Below are positions 14,348 to 28,274 of a stretch of 64,000 bases of DNA, in pieces; the stretch's first letter is position 1, and each line of letters opens with the position of its first letter. The position numbers were made by a program, and so were the translations under genes. This stretch comes from Escherichia coli (GTDB lineage Bacteria > Pseudomonadota > Gammaproteobacteria > Enterobacterales > Enterobacteriaceae): assembly GCF_003334355.1 (NCBI RefSeq), contig NZ_QOWP01000004.1, one strand, 5' to 3'. A model generated the notes under the pieces. It was not told the DNA's origin, did no database searches, and saw nothing but the letters and a program-made list of their open reading frames with translations.

Positions 14348-16777
14348 TTATGCCTGAATAGCTGGCTGATCAAACGCCGTTAACTTCGGCGCATTGCCCG
14401 TATATTTTTCGATATACACCAGCGCAGAGTTACCGGCACAGGCATTTGCCAGCTGCGAGCTGGGGATATCCGCCGTTAACACGTTCGCACTGCCGTTTTT
14501 ACACAAGCCATTTTCCAGATCTGGCCATGCACCTTCATGCACGCATACCACGCCTTTTTTGATCCCGTCAGTCACCACCGCGCCTGTCAGAATCTGACCA
14601 CGTTTGTTCCACACACGCACCAGATCACCATTCGCAATACCAAAGCGAGCAGCATCTTCGGTGTGAATAGTGATTGGTTCACGATCTGCAACCGCATATT
14701 TTTTACGCAGTTCCGCATAGTTAAGCTGACTATGTAAACGGTGTGCCGGATGTGCGGTCAGAAGCTGCAACTGCTTCTCGTCGGCGGTACCCTTCCACTC
14801 ATCAGGCGCAAGCCAGGTTGGGTGTGCCGGGCAATCCTTATAGCCAAATTTTTCCAGCGTTTTGGAGTAAATCTCAATTTTGCCGCTTGGCGTACCCAGC
14901 GCATTTTTCACCGGATCGGCGCGGAAATCACCATAACGAACGTACTGTTCGTTCTTCTCGCTGCGGCGCATTTCGATCAGTTTATTTTGCTGCCAGAAGG
15001 CATTAAACATCGGCATAGTCACGCGTTGCGCACGGGCACCTTTCTGAGCGGCATCATAGAAAAATTTCAGCCACGCCATTTCATCTTTACCTTCGGTATA
15101 GATCTCTTTTCCGCCAGGTTTGAGTAATTCCGCAAGATCGGCAAACACATCAAAATCGTTTCGCGCTTCAAATTGCGGAGCAACAACCTGCTTCATCGGC
15201 ACAATATGCTGGTTGCTGTAATCACCGGTCATCGTTAAGTCATTGCGCTCAAACGATGTGGTGATCGGTAATACGATATCTGCATGTTTAGCAGCTGCGG
15301 TCCAGTAGCATTCAGAAACGACGATCATCTCCGGTTTCTGCCATGCTTTAATCAGACGATTAGTATCCTGGTGATGGGTAAAGTTACCGCCACCCGCCCA
15401 CCAGATCATTTTGATATTCGGATACGTTTGCTCTTTACCGTTATGCTGATATTTGCCGCCAGGATTTTCCAGCGCATCGACGATACGGGCAACAGGAATC
15501 GCCGTCATTCCGCCATCATCAGCGGCCTCGCTGGCCTGTCCGGCAATCGCCGCAGACATTTCCGGCAGCACGCCGCCAACACGTGTCGGGTTGCCACCAT
15601 TGGAGTAATGATAAGAGAAACCAAAACCGCCGCCCGGTGTACCAATCTGCCCTAACATCGCCGCCAGCGTCACCAGCATCCAGTGTTTCTGTTCACCATA
15701 TTGCTGGCGCTGAATTCCCCAGCCTGCCATCAGCATTGTGCGATTCGCCGCCATCAGTTCAGCGAGTTTGACTATCTGCGCTTCCGGTACGCCAGTAATT
15801 TCCGCCGCCCAGGCCGCGCTCTTCGGAGTATTATCGCTCTTACCTGTCAGATATTCTTCAAACTGCGGATACCCGGTGGTGTATTTTTCAAGGAACACTT
15901 TATCGTGTTTGCCTTGTGTCATCAGGGTATGCGCAATCCCTAACATCAGTGCCACGTCGGTGCCCATATTCGGCGCGATCCAGGTGGCATTATCGCCAAA
16001 GAACTCAATGGTTTCGGAGCGGATAGGATCAATGGCAATCACTGGTTTGCCAGATTTTTTCAGCTGATGGAAGTATTCCAGCCCTTGCTCATCGGTACTG
16101 CTCCAGGCAATTTTTAAGGTATTCAGCGGGTTCATCCCCCACAGCACCACAACCTGGCTGTTTTCCAGAATCAGCGGCCAGGAGGTCTGCTGTTCATACA
16201 CCTCTACAGAACCGACCACATGCGGCATGATCACCTGTGCTGCCCCGGTTGAATAATCGCCGCTATGCCCGGAATAACCGCCCGCGAGGTTCATATAACG
16301 TTGCAGTAAGGTTTGCGCTTTATGCAACACGCCAGAAGAGCGCCAGCCGTAAGATCCGGCAAAAATGGCCGATGGTCCGTTAGCTTTACGAATACGATCG
16401 TGTTGCTCATGAATCAGTTTTAATGCTTGTTCCCAGCTCACCTGTACATAGGTATCTTCGCCTCGACCTTTCGCCGGTTGCAGTGGATTATCGAGATAGC
16501 TTTTTCTCACCATCGGATGCTGAATACGCGCCGTGGTGTGTACCTGATCCGCCGCCGTAGACTGTAAGGAGTTCGGTATGGTTTTCGCCAGCGCGCCTGT
16601 CGAAGAAACAATCTTGCCGTCCTTCACTTCTACGTTCATCGCTCCCCAGCGTCCCGCGGTGAGGATTTTACCGCCCTTCTCTTCTGCCCATGCGGGTAGC
16701 GGTGCTGCCGATGTCACCACCAGCGCTCCAGCGGCAATACCGCTGTGTTTAATAAATTCACGTCTTGTTAATGTCAT
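14348..16777 (-). CDS. torZ: TMAO/N-oxide reductase catalytic subunit TorZ (BisZ), molybdoenzyme
   Basis: Frame 14348..16795; conserved start [21 protein letters not shown] (Tat twin-arginine signal RREFIK). Confidence 0.93.
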   Translation of the reverse strand: MTLTRREFIKHSGIAAGALVVTSAAPLPAWAEEKGGKILTAGRWGAMNVEVKDGKIVSSTGALAKTIPNSLQSTAADQVHTTARIQHPMVRKSYLDNPLQPAKGRGEDTYVQVSWEQALKLIHEQHDRIRKANGPSAIFAGSYGWRSSGVLHKAQTLLQRYMNLAGGYSGHSGDYSTGAAQVIMPHVVGSVEVYEQQTSWPLILENSQVVVLWGMNPLNTLKIAWSSTDEQGLEYFHQLKKSGKPVIAIDPIRSETIEFFGDNATWIAPNMGTDVALMLGIAHTLMTQGKHDKVFLEKYTTGYPQFEEYLTGKSDNTPKSAAWAAEITGVPEAQIVKLAELMAANRTMLMAGWGIQRQQYGEQKHWMLVTLAAMLGQIGTPGGGFGFSYHYSNGGNPTRVGGVLPEMSAAIAGQASEAADDGGMTAIPVARIVDALENPGGKYQHNGKEQTYPNIKMIWWAGGGNFTHHQDTNRLIKAWQKPEMIVVSECYWTAAAKHADIVLPITTSFERNDLTMTGDYSNQHIVPMKQVVAPQFEARNDFDVFADLAELLKPGGKEIYTEGKDEMAWLKFFYDAAQKGARAQRVTMPMFNAFWQQNKLIEMRRSEKNEQYVRYGDFRADPVKNALGTPSGKIEIYSKTLEKFGYKDCPAHPTWLAPDEWKGTADEKQLQLLTAHPAHRLHSQLNYAELRKKYAVADREPITIHTEDAARFGIANGDLVRVWNKRGQILTGAVVTDGIKKGVVCVHEGAWPDLENGLCKNGSANVLTADIPSSQLANACAGNSALVYIEKYTGNAPKLTAFDQPAIQA

Positions 16778-16801
16778 AACTTCCTCCCTGATCAACGAGG
16801 A

Positions 16802-17902
16802 TCACTGTTTCTCGGTAATATCTTTGGCGTTGTACTGGAAATACCGCGTTAAAATGTCCAGTTCGTTTTCGCTCATGCTGGTTCGTGCCCCCATTCCTTT
16901 GGCAATGGACGGCCACGCATTGACGGTGTAATGGTCGGCGGCAATAGGGGCATGACAACCAGCGCAATAGGTATCGTCAAGTTTTTCAGCGTATTGCCAT
17001 AGCGGTTTACGGTCCGCTAATGCGGGATCGGTAAGCGCACCCTGTAAAGACGCCTGACGCCATTGATTGCCGTATTCGTCAGCCTGCCATTCCCCGTTTA
17101 CCGTGAGCGCCTTGATACCTTCTTCACTTAATGTGGCTAGCGCCAGCCGTTGACCTGCCGCCAGGTAGAGCGTGTTTTCACTGCCCTGCATTTGATAACC
17201 CTGCAACAGAACGATCGGCTGTTTGCCACTGGCATCAACGACGGTGAGATCGGTACCAGGATTCACGGTAGCCAGCTCGCCTATGCGAGAAGTTTTGAAA
17301 GGATAAATATGTGCGCCATTAGTCACTGAAGTAGCGGTCTGACTTTCCAGCTCATGCGCCGCGTTGTCATCCATTTTTATTTCTGGCGGAAAATGGGCAA
17401 TGCCTTTATGACAATCGATACAGGTTTCGCCGCCCTTTTGTGCTTTGTTATGCATTTTCTGCGCAGATTCACTTTGCGAGGCAATATCCATGGCATCAAA
17501 AGAATGGCAACTACGGCACGTTGCAGAGTCAGTTGCTTTTAATTCTTTCCATACTGTTTCGGCCATTTCCTGGCGATGAGTTTCGAACTTATCGTCACTG
17601 TCTATTTTGCCGCTAACAAATTCATGATAAATATCTTTAGATGCTTTTAATTTAGCAAATAAATAATCCATCCCTGACTTTGGAATATGGCAATCGGCAC
17701 ATTCCGCACGTATCCCTTTCTGGTTCGAAAAGTGGACAGTTCCCTGATATTCCTCAAAAGGTTTACTCATCGAGTGGCAGGAAAGGCAAAATGCTGTATC
17801 CGACGTTTTATGTAAGGCTTTTTGCGCCAGCAATAACCCGCCGCCACCAACCACAACCGCTATCAGCAAAAACAATAACCCAATGCGTTTTTTCCCTCGC
17901 AT
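16802..17902 (-). CDS. torY: Membrane-anchored pentahaem cytochrome c TorY
   Basis: 366-aa ORF with N-terminal TM and multiple CxxCH haem motifs (CLSCH, CADCH, CRSCH, CIDCH, CAGCH). Confidence 0.94.
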   Translation of the reverse strand: MRGKKRIGLLFLLIAVVVGGGGLLLAQKALHKTSDTAFCLSCHSMSKPFEEYQGTVHFSNQKGIRAECADCHIPKSGMDYLFAKLKASKDIYHEFVSGKIDSDDKFETHRQEMAETVWKELKATDSATCRSCHSFDAMDIASQSESAQKMHNKAQKGGETCIDCHKGIAHFPPEIKMDDNAAHELESQTATSVTNGAHIYPFKTSRIGELATVNPGTDLTVVDASGKQPIVLLQGYQMQGSENTLYLAAGQRLALATLSEEGIKALTVNGEWQADEYGNQWRQASLQGALTDPALADRKPLWQYAEKLDDTYCAGCHAPIAADHYTVNAWPSIAKGMGARTSMSENELDILTRYFQYNAKDITEKQ

Positions 17903-18210
17903 AGATTCCTCTAAATAAATTCCAGAACACCGAAATCATTGTATAATTAAATACACAACGAATTAACCGCTTGCATAACTCGGCACAACACTGCCTGAAA
18001 TAATCGATAAAGAATATGATTTATTACAATGTAATCATTAATTGCTAAGGAATAACCCAGTTGCTATTTAGAATATATATTTATCAGTTTTAGCAATTTA
18101 AATCCCATAATCAATGTGAATATAAAAAATATTTTTAGCACAACGCTATGCGCACTGTCACCCGCTCAACAGATCACGGTTATCGTTCGTTTTTTATACT
18201 GCTCAGGGAT

Positions 18211-19045
<835 letters not shown>

Positions 19046-19049
19046 TTAA

Positions 19050-19616
19050 TTACGCCGACTGCTCGCTGGCAACGATCTCTTCAATGGACCACGGATGAAA
19101 CTTAATAGTTGTTTTGCCATCGCTGACCGCCAGCGTCGGATTCGGTAATCGCTCATGCTCACCTTTTGGCGAACTGGTTTTCACTGAGATCCCCGGTAGG
19201 CTGAGTCCTTCATCAGAAAGCAATGCCAGCGCACGGGCATTCAGCGTTTCTGGATCACCCGGCAGAACGATTTCAATATGTTCCCAACCTTCGTGTGGGT
19301 AACGTTTTTCCCCGGGCCACGGTAGCTCCACAATAGAAAACTGCCAGTGCGCAACCTGTACCGGTTCATGCAATTTAAACAGACAAATCGGTCTGCCATT
19401 GATCATATTTTCTGACAAAAGCTCGCCACACTGTTCAAACCCGCGACGCCAGCGTTCAGCAGTGGCGTTTTGATGGCAACGCAAAGAAATGTGATCGGCA
19501 GTCAGCGGAGTGATATTCAACCCCAGACGGCGGGAAAGTTCATCTAATGCGTGGGTAAATCGCGGTAAATCCGATGCAATATCCTGCAGCTCGTCGATAG
19601 ATTGCCAGTTCGCCAT
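19050..19616 (-). CDS. yecM: VOC/glyoxalase-fold protein YecM (188 aa)
   Basis: Frame 19050..19622; conserved start MANWQSIDELQ at third Met. Confidence 0.85.
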   Translation of the reverse strand: MANWQSIDELQDIASDLPRFTHALDELSRRLGLNITPLTADHISLRCHQNATAERWRRGFEQCGELLSENMINGRPICLFKLHEPVQVAHWQFSIVELPWPGEKRYPHEGWEHIEIVLPGDPETLNARALALLSDEGLSLPGISVKTSSPKGEHERLPNPTLAVSDGKTTIKFHPWSIEEIVASEQSA

Positions 19617-19831
19617 AATCACTCTTCGTCTTTCAGTAAAAGCGTTAATTTACCCTGTTGCCCTGTGCCAACCAACCGCTGATTTCACGCCGCTTCTGAT
19701 GCAATAGTGAAAACGGCAATACGCCACGCGCACGTTGCTGACGAAAACAGCCATTTGCAGTATACTCCCGCCCTAATTTCTTTAACTGGTGCGGGCAATT
19801 TTTGCTCGCTTCATCAATGTAAGGTATTCCG

Positions 19832-21565
19832 GTGAATATTCAGGCTCTTCTCTCAGAAAAAGTCCGTCAGGCCATGATTGCGGCAGGCGCGCCTGCGGAT
19901 TGCGAACCGCAGGTTCGTCAGTCAGCAAAAGTTCAGTTCGGCGACTATCAGGCTAACGGCATGATGGCAGTTGCTAAAAAACTGGGTATGGCACCGCGAC
20001 AATTAGCAGAGCAGGTGCTGACTCATCTGGATCTTAACGGTATCGCCAGCAAAGTTGAGATCGCCGGTCCAGGCTTTATCAACATTTTCCTTGATCCGGC
20101 ATTCCTGGCTGAACATGTTCAGCAGGCGCTGGCGTCCGATCGTCTCGGTGTTGCTACGCCAGAAAAACAGACCATTGTGGTTGACTACTCTGCGCCAAAC
20201 GTGGCGAAAGAGATGCACGTCGGTCACCTGCGCTCTACCATTATTGGTGACGCAGCAGTGCGTACTCTGGAGTTCCTCGGTCACAAAGTGATTCGCGCAA
20301 ACCACGTCGGCGACTGGGGCACTCAGTTCGGTATGCTGATTGCATGGCTGGAAAAGCAGCAGCAGGAAAACGCCGGTGAAATGGAGCTGGCTGACCTTGA
20401 AGGTTTCTACCGCGATGCGAAAAAGCATTACGACGAAGATGAAGAGTTTGCCGAGCGTGCACGTAACTACGTGGTAAAACTGCAAAGCGGTGACGAATAT
20501 TTCCGCGAGATGTGGCGCAAACTGGTCGACATCACCATGACGCAGAACCAGATCACTTACGATCGTCTCAACGTGACGCTGACCCGTGATGACGTGATGG
20601 GCGAAAGCCTCTACAACCCAATGCTGCCAGGAATTGTGGCGGATCTCAAAGCCAAAGGTCTGGCAGTAGAAAGCGAAGGGGCGACCGTTGTATTCCTTGA
20701 TGAGTTTAAAAACAAGGAAGGCGAACCGATGGGCGTGATCATTCAGAAGAAAGATGGCGGCTATCTCTACACCACCACTGATATCGCCTGTGCGAAATAT
20801 CGTTATGAAACACTGCATGCCGATCGCGTGCTGTATTACATCGACTCCCGTCAGCATCAACACCTGATGCAGGCATGGGCGATCGTCCGTAAAGCAGGCT
20901 ATGTACCGGAATCCGTACCGCTGGAACACCACATGTTCGGCATGATGCTGGGTAAAGACGGCAAACCGTTCAAAACCCGCGCGGGTGGTACAGTGAAACT
21001 GGCCGATCTGCTGGATGAAGCCCTGGAACGTGCACGCCGTCTGGTGGCAGAAAAGAACCCGGATATGCCAGCCGACGAGCTGGAAAAACTGGCTAACGCG
21101 GTTGGTATTGGTGCGGTGAAATATGCGGATCTCTCCAAAAACCGCACCACGGACTACATCTTCGACTGGGACAACATGCTGGCGTTTGAGGGTAATACCG
21201 CGCCATACATGCAGTATGCTTACACGCGTGTATTGTCCGTGTTCCGTAAGGCAGAAATTAACGAAGAGCAACTGGCTGCAGCTCCGGTAATCATCCGTGA
21301 AGATCGTGAAGCGCAACTGGCAGCTCGCCTGCTGCAGTTTGAAGAAACCCTCACCGTGGTTGCCCGTGAAGGCACGCCGCATGTGATGTGTGCTTACCTG
21401 TACGATCTGGCTGGTCTGTTCTCTGGCTTCTACGAGCACTGCCCGATCCTCAGTGCAGAAAACGAAGAAGTGCGTAACAGCCGTCTGAAACTGGCACAAC
21501 TGACAGCGAAGACGCTAAAGCTGGGTCTGGATACGCTGGGTATTGAGACAGTAGAGCGTATGTAA
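19832..21565 (+). CDS. argS: Arginine--tRNA ligase
   Basis: 577-aa ORF starting at GTG 19832; HIGH-type motif HVGHLRS; class I aaRS. Confidence 0.97.
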
Positions 21566-21584
21566 TCGATTTTTCGTGAGAGTA

Positions 21585-21619
21585 AAGCCTGATCAGGGTT
21601 ACCTGATCAGGCTTTTTTA
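21585..21619 (+). terminator. Rho-independent terminator of argS
   Basis: Hairpin aagcctgatcagg-gtta-cctgatcaggctt followed by TTTTTT. Confidence 0.85.
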
Positions 21620-21720
21620 TTGCCATCTAAATGTATTCTGAAAATGGACATGCCATTGTTTTCTCACTGTTGGATAAGAGGCCAGAAGCGTAATATCCGG
21701 CCCCAGGGAAACGATAACGG

Positions 21721-22230
21721 TTGAATTTAAGGAATACCGCAGTGTTTAAATTTCTTGTATTAACATTAGGCATTATCTCTTGCCAGGCTTACGCAGAAGA
21801 TACGGTTATAGTAAACGACCATGACATTTCAGCCATCAAAGATTGTTGGCAAAAAAATTCAGATGATGATACTGACGTTAACGTGATCAAATCATGCCTG
21901 CGACAAGAATACAATCTCGTCGATGCGCAATTAAATAAAGCCTATGGTGAAGCTTATCGTTATATAGAACAAGTGCCACGCACAGGTGTAAAAAAACCTG
22001 ATACCGAACAACTTAACTTGCTTAAAAAATCACAGCGAGCCTGGCTGGATTTTAGGGACAAAGAATGTGAATTAATCCTTTCAAATGAGGACGTTCAGGA
22101 TTTAAGTGACCCTTATTCTGAATCAGAATGGCTCTCATGTATGATCATACAGACCAATACGCGAACTCGCCAGTTGCAGCTATACCGTAACTCTGAAGAT
22201 TTTTATCCAAGCCCTTTGACAAGAGGATAA
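21721..22230 (+). CDS. yecT: DUF1311 (LprI-like) secreted protein YecT
   Basis: ORF with N-terminal signal peptide ...FKFLVLTLGIISCQAYA; AT-rich; start ambiguous (TTG 21721 or GTG 21742 with AAGGA RBS). Confidence 0.75.
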   Translation: MNLRNTAVFKFLVLTLGIISCQAYAEDTVIVNDHDISAIKDCWQKNSDDDTDVNVIKSCLRQEYNLVDAQLNKAYGEAYRYIEQVPRTGVKKPDTEQLNLLKKSQRAWLDFRDKECELILSNEDVQDLSDPYSESEWLSCMIIQTNTRTRQLQLYRNSEDFYPSPLTRG

Positions 22231-22350
22231 TTCACATATTTTTGGCATGTTTTGTTGCAATCTATTCCTGATAAATGATTGCAACAAAACATCCAGCCTT
22301 TTTCACTGAGTTATTAAACATACTCGCGAGCGCGTAATTTTTTTTGTCCT

Positions 22351-22743
22351 TCAGCGATAATTCACAATCACTTCATTACGTTGTACTTTCAGCGACGGAA
22401 TTAACCGCCCACCGCCAGGCACTTCCCAGATAAATCGCAACGGTTCTGCTGCCGCTATACCGGAAAAGGCCACGGTGGTTCCGCTCTGCCCCTCTAATTC
22501 GACACAACGAGATTGCGAACACAAGCGAACCCGCAGTCCTGAAGGTGTCGGGCCGATAAGCTGATAACGCCACGCTACCAGCGTCATCAATCCTGAAGCA
22601 GGTTGTCGCGTAGAAAGAGGCGCAGACGACATCGACTCACCGCGATGATTTAGCGTAATTCCTACACTACTTGCCTGCCACATCCCCTCCCCGGCGGCTT
22701 GCACCAGCAGCGGAAACAATAATATTGCTAATAAGGTTCTCAT
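22351..22743 (-). CDS. flhE: Flagellar protein FlhE
   Basis: 130-aa ORF with signal peptide MRTLLAILLFPLLVQAAGEG; start overlaps flhA stop by 1 nt. Confidence 0.93.
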   Translation of the reverse strand: MRTLLAILLFPLLVQAAGEGMWQASSVGITLNHRGESMSSAPLSTRQPASGLMTLVAWRYQLIGPTPSGLRVRLCSQSRCVELEGQSGTTVAFSGIAAAEPLRFIWEVPGGGRLIPSLKVQRNEVIVNYR

Positions 22744-24821
22744 TATTTGCCGCCAATTATCGCCGTCATGCGGATATGTCGGTTATCAGACAGTTCCAGA
22801 TTCGACAGGACCACTAACTGCGGCAAGCTGCGGCGCAGGAAGCGAGACAATAATGGTCGCAGCGCGTGGTTCACCAACAATACTGGCGGCGCACCCAGCA
22901 TCTCCTGACGGGATAGCGCTTCCTGAGTTTGCGCCAGTAAACGATCCGCCAGCCCTGGCTCCAGTCCTCCCCCGCCCTGCAGCGCCTGTAGTAACAAACG
23001 TTCCAGCGGTGTATCGAGGCCAATAACATGGACTTCATCTTTGCCAGGAAACCACTGTTGGGTAATCGCCCGTCCCAACGCCACGCGCACGACGGCGGTT
23101 AATTCATGTGGATCGCTTTGGATGGGCGCATGTTCCGCCAGCGTTTCGAGAATGGTGCGCATATCGCGAATCGGTACTTTTTCATCGAGGAGATTTTGCA
23201 GCACTTTATGCAGTGTGGTGAGCGTGACGACGCCAGGAACGAGATCTTCCGTCAGCTTTGGCATCTCCTGGGCGACGCGATCCAACAGCTGTTGCGCCTC
23301 CTGACGACCAAACAGCTCTGCGGCATGCTGGCTAATGAGGTGGTTAAGATGCGTTGCTACCACCGTGCTGGCCTCAACCACTGTGTACCCCTGAATCTGC
23401 GCCTGTTCTTTTAGCGCACTTTCAATCCAGATAGCATTCAGGCCAAATGCCGGATCGACGGTCGCCTCACCAGGTAACGTCCCGGCAGCGGTTCCAGGGT
23501 TAATCGCCAGCCAGCGCCCCGGATAAGCATCACCACTGCCAATCTCCACGCCTTTCATCAAAATGCGATAGCGGGCAGGTTGCAGATCCATATTGTCGCG
23601 AATGTGCACCACTGGCGGCAGAAATCCCATCTCCTGGGCAAATTTCTTGCGGATACTGCGTATACGGCCCAACAACTCACCATCCTGCTGGAAATCGACC
23701 ATCGGGATCAGTCGATAACCCACTTCCATTCCCAGAGAATCTTCCAGTTGTACATCGTTCCACGTCGCTTCGACAACGGTATTATTCTCTGCCATTTTTA
23801 CCGGTTTGGGTTCGGCAGGCGCTTTTTGTTCGCGTCCGCGTATCCACCAGGCCAGCCCGAGCAATCCGGCAGTGAACAGCAAAAATACCAGGTTCGGCAT
23901 TCCAGGCACCAGGCCGAGTAAACCGAGCACGGTGGCGCTTAACAACATAACGCTTGGGTTACTGAAAAGCTGATTCACCATCTGCTCGCCAACATCCTGA
24001 TCGGTGCTGACACGCGTAACGATGACCCCCGCGGCGGTAGAAATCACCAGCGCCGGAATTTGTGCCACCAGACCGTCGCCAATGGTCAATAGCGTATAAC
24101 TTTCCGCCGCGTGTCCCATGCTCATGCCATGTTGCAGCACGCCGACCAGCAACCCGCCGACAACGTTAATGACCATGATGAGGATCCCGGCGATGGCATC
24201 GCCGCGAACAAACTTACTTGCCCCGTCCATTGAGCCGTAAAAATCGGCTTCCTGAGTCACTTCGGAGCGGCGTTTTTTCGCCTCATCTTCACCAATCAAT
24301 CCGGCGTTAAGGTCGGCGTCAATCGCCATCTGCTTACCCGGCATACCATCGAGAACAAAGCGCGCACCCACTTCTGCGATACGCCCGGCACCTTTGGTAA
24401 TGACCATAAAGTTGATGATCACGAGAATGACAAACACCACGATACCGATAGCGAAATTGCCACCAACGAGGAAGTGACCGAACGCTTCGACCACCTTCCC
24501 TGCCGCCGCCGCGCCGGTATGCCCTTCCATTAAAATGATACGGGTTGAAGCCACGTTAAGTGCCAGACGCAACAGCGTGGTAAACAACAGAATGGTCGGA
24601 AACGCAGCAAACTCAAGCGTGCGCTGGGTAAACATCGCCACCAGCAACACCATGATCGACAAGGCAATATTGAAGGTAAACAACAGGTCGAGTATGAATG
24701 CGGGCAGTGGCAGCACCATCATCGACAAGATCAACAGGATCAAAATCGGTCCGGCAAGGATCTGCCATTGTGTCGATTTCAGGTTTGCGGGCAGGCGCAG
24801 CATCGCGGCCAGATTACTCAT
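22743..24821 (-). CDS. flhA: Flagellar type III export apparatus protein FlhA (692 aa)
   Basis: Frame 22743..24896; conserved start MSNLAAMLRLPANLKSTQWQ. Confidence 0.94.
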   Translation of the reverse strand: MSNLAAMLRLPANLKSTQWQILAGPILILLILSMMVLPLPAFILDLLFTFNIALSIMVLLVAMFTQRTLEFAAFPTILLFTTLLRLALNVASTRIILMEGHTGAAAAGKVVEAFGHFLVGGNFAIGIVVFVILVIINFMVITKGAGRIAEVGARFVLDGMPGKQMAIDADLNAGLIGEDEAKKRRSEVTQEADFYGSMDGASKFVRGDAIAGILIMVINVVGGLLVGVLQHGMSMGHAAESYTLLTIGDGLVAQIPALVISTAAGVIVTRVSTDQDVGEQMVNQLFSNPSVMLLSATVLGLLGLVPGMPNLVFLLFTAGLLGLAWWIRGREQKAPAEPKPVKMAENNTVVEATWNDVQLEDSLGMEVGYRLIPMVDFQQDGELLGRIRSIRKKFAQEMGFLPPVVHIRDNMDLQPARYRILMKGVEIGSGDAYPGRWLAINPGTAAGTLPGEATVDPAFGLNAIWIESALKEQAQIQGYTVVEASTVVATHLNHLISQHAAELFGRQEAQQLLDRVAQEMPKLTEDLVPGVVTLTTLHKVLQNLLDEKVPIRDMRTILETLAEHAPIQSDPHELTAVVRVALGRAITQQWFPGKDEVHVIGLDTPLERLLLQALQGGGGLEPGLADRLLAQTQEALSRQEMLGAPPVLLVNHALRPLLSRFLRRSLPQLVVLSNLELSDNRHIRMTAIIGGK

Positions 24822-25962
24822 GGGTCGGTTTCTCGTTAATAAAATCCAGGGCTTCCGGCACCGGAAGATGAGTAGGTTGTACAGGGCGCTGTCCACCAGC
24901 CAGACGCCAGCGTTTCAGTTGCCAGACCCAGGCCAGCACTTCCGCCACCGCGGCGTACAGTTGACCCGGGATTTGTTGACCAATCTCCGCATGTCGATAC
25001 AGCGCTCGCGCCAGCGGCGGCGCTTCAAGCGTCGGGACGTTATTTTCAGCGCCAATTTCACGAATGCGCAGCGCGACCAGCCCTGCACCTTTAGCGACCA
25101 CTTTCGGTGCGCTCATTTTGTTTTCGTCATACTGCAACGCTACCGAATAGTGGGTCGGGTTATTGACAATGACATCCGCTTTCGGCACATCGGCCATCAT
25201 CCGACGCCGTGCGGCAGCTCGCTGCATCTGACGGATCCGTCCTTTAACATGGGGGTCGCCTTCGCTTTGTTTGAACTCATCACGAATATCCTGCCGCGAC
25301 ATTCGCAGCTTTTTCAGGTGGCTGAAGATTTGGAAAAAGACGTCAAATCCCACCATTGGAATGACACCAAGCACCACCAGCAGTGCGCATAGCCCTACCA
25401 AATCCATCGCATTACCCATGGCGGTAATCGGAGACTCGGCCATTAAGCGCATCATCTGCGGCCAGTGATGCCAGAGAAAAAACCCCGTCACGCTGCCAAC
25501 CAGGATGGTTTTCAAAATTGCTTTAAGCAACTCCGCGCCAGTCTGAGCCGAGAACATCCGTTTAATGCCCGGTAGCGGGTTGAGTTTGGAAAACTTCGGC
25601 TGCAAGGATTTGCCGCTAAATACCAGCCCTCCCAGCATGACCGGAGAAATGAGCGCCACCAGTACCACGCCGCTAATCAGTGGCAGCAGCGCCAGCATGG
25701 CTTCTCTGATCAGCAGAATAATCTGCCCGAGGATCAGATTCGGGTCTTTGATAATACTGTGATCAAAATGCAGCCCAGCGGAGAGCATGCCCGACAATCG
25801 ACGGGCCAGCGACACACCGCCAAACCAGATAACACTAACGCCCACCAGCAAAATCAGCAGTGAGGTCAGTTCACGGGAACGCGGGATTTGCCCCTCTTCC
25901 CGCGCTTTTTCTAGTCGGTGAGGTGTGGGGGCTTCTGTTTTGTCGTCGCTCTCGTCAGACAC
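24814..25962 (-). CDS. flhB: Flagellar export apparatus substrate-specificity switch protein FlhB
   Basis: 382-aa ORF; NPTH autocleavage motif present (NNPTHYSVAL); overlaps flhA start by 8 bp. Confidence 0.95.
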   Translation of the reverse strand: MSDESDDKTEAPTPHRLEKAREEGQIPRSRELTSLLILLVGVSVIWFGGVSLARRLSGMLSAGLHFDHSIIKDPNLILGQIILLIREAMLALLPLISGVVLVALISPVMLGGLVFSGKSLQPKFSKLNPLPGIKRMFSAQTGAELLKAILKTILVGSVTGFFLWHHWPQMMRLMAESPITAMGNAMDLVGLCALLVVLGVIPMVGFDVFFQIFSHLKKLRMSRQDIRDEFKQSEGDPHVKGRIRQMQRAAARRRMMADVPKADVIVNNPTHYSVALQYDENKMSAPKVVAKGAGLVALRIREIGAENNVPTLEAPPLARALYRHAEIGQQIPGQLYAAVAEVLAWVWQLKRWRLAGGQRPVQPTHLPVPEALDFINEKPTHE

Positions 25963-26091
25963 GTCGCCAATCCTGGAAAGAGTATTAAGCGTGAATGATG
26001 CCAGAGCGCAAAGCGTTCAATGGTTTGAGTAAGGGGCAAAACAGGCGGGATTTAGGGCTTTTGCTGCCACACATCAAGCATAGTGTGCGTT

Positions 26092-26157
26092 TGTCGGATG
26101 CGGCGTCATCGCCTTATCAGACCGCCTGATATGACGTGGTCACGCCACATCAGGCAA
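26092..26157. repeat. REP element pair
   Basis: gtcggatgcggcgtcatcgccttatcagacc / gcctgatatgacgtggtcacgccacatcaggca between flhB start and cheZ end. Confidence 0.75.
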
Positions 26158-26163
26158 TACAAA

Positions 26164-26808
26164 TCAAAATCCAAGACTATCCAACAAATCGTCCACCTGA
26201 TCCTGACTGGCTACCACACCGGCTTTGCTGGTATCGACCTGAGGTCCATTAAGCAAACTCTGGTTTTCACGTTTTGGACGCGACTCCTGTTCCGGGATGT
26301 TTTCCAACAGCACCATCAGCAACTGGCGTTCGATCTCCTGAATGACATCCATCATCCGCTTAATGACCTGCCCGGTGAGATCCTGAAAATCCTGCGCCAT
26401 CATGATTTCCAGCAGTTGCGCGTTAGTAAAGCTGGTATGCGCGGGTACATCTGCCAGAAATTGTCGTGTATCTGTTACCAGTTCACGGGCGTCGGCAAGG
26501 TCAATCGGATCGGCAAACCAGTCATCCCAACGTTGGGTTAACGCTTTTGCTGATTTCTCCATTTGATCCTGATGCGGTTGTGACGCCTCAACACTGTTCA
26601 GCGCCCGCTCCGCAGCCTGGGCGGTCATCTGCACAACATAGTACAAACGATCGCGCGCATCGGGGATGGCTTCCGCCGCTTCGGCAATGGCCTGATCCAG
26701 CCCCAGTTCCCGCAAACTGTCGCGCAGCATACGCGTCAGGCTGCCGATGCGCGCAATGATATCGCCAGCTGAATGCTCGTCAGCAGGTTTGATTGATGGT
26801 TGCATCAT
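26164..26808 (-). CDS. cheZ: CheY-P phosphatase CheZ (214 aa)
   Basis: Frame 26164..26838; conserved start [22 protein letters not shown]. Confidence 0.92.
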
Positions 26809-26818
26809 AGTCGCATCC

Positions 26819-28272
<1,454 letters not shown>

Positions 28273-28274
28273 CG

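Noticed and set aside
20003-21499. 498-aa ORF on the minus strand, antisense to argS
   Set aside because: Lies entirely within argS on the opposite strand, has no homology-like features (odd composition), and argS is unambiguous; long antisense frames are a known artefact of codon bias in highly expressed genes.
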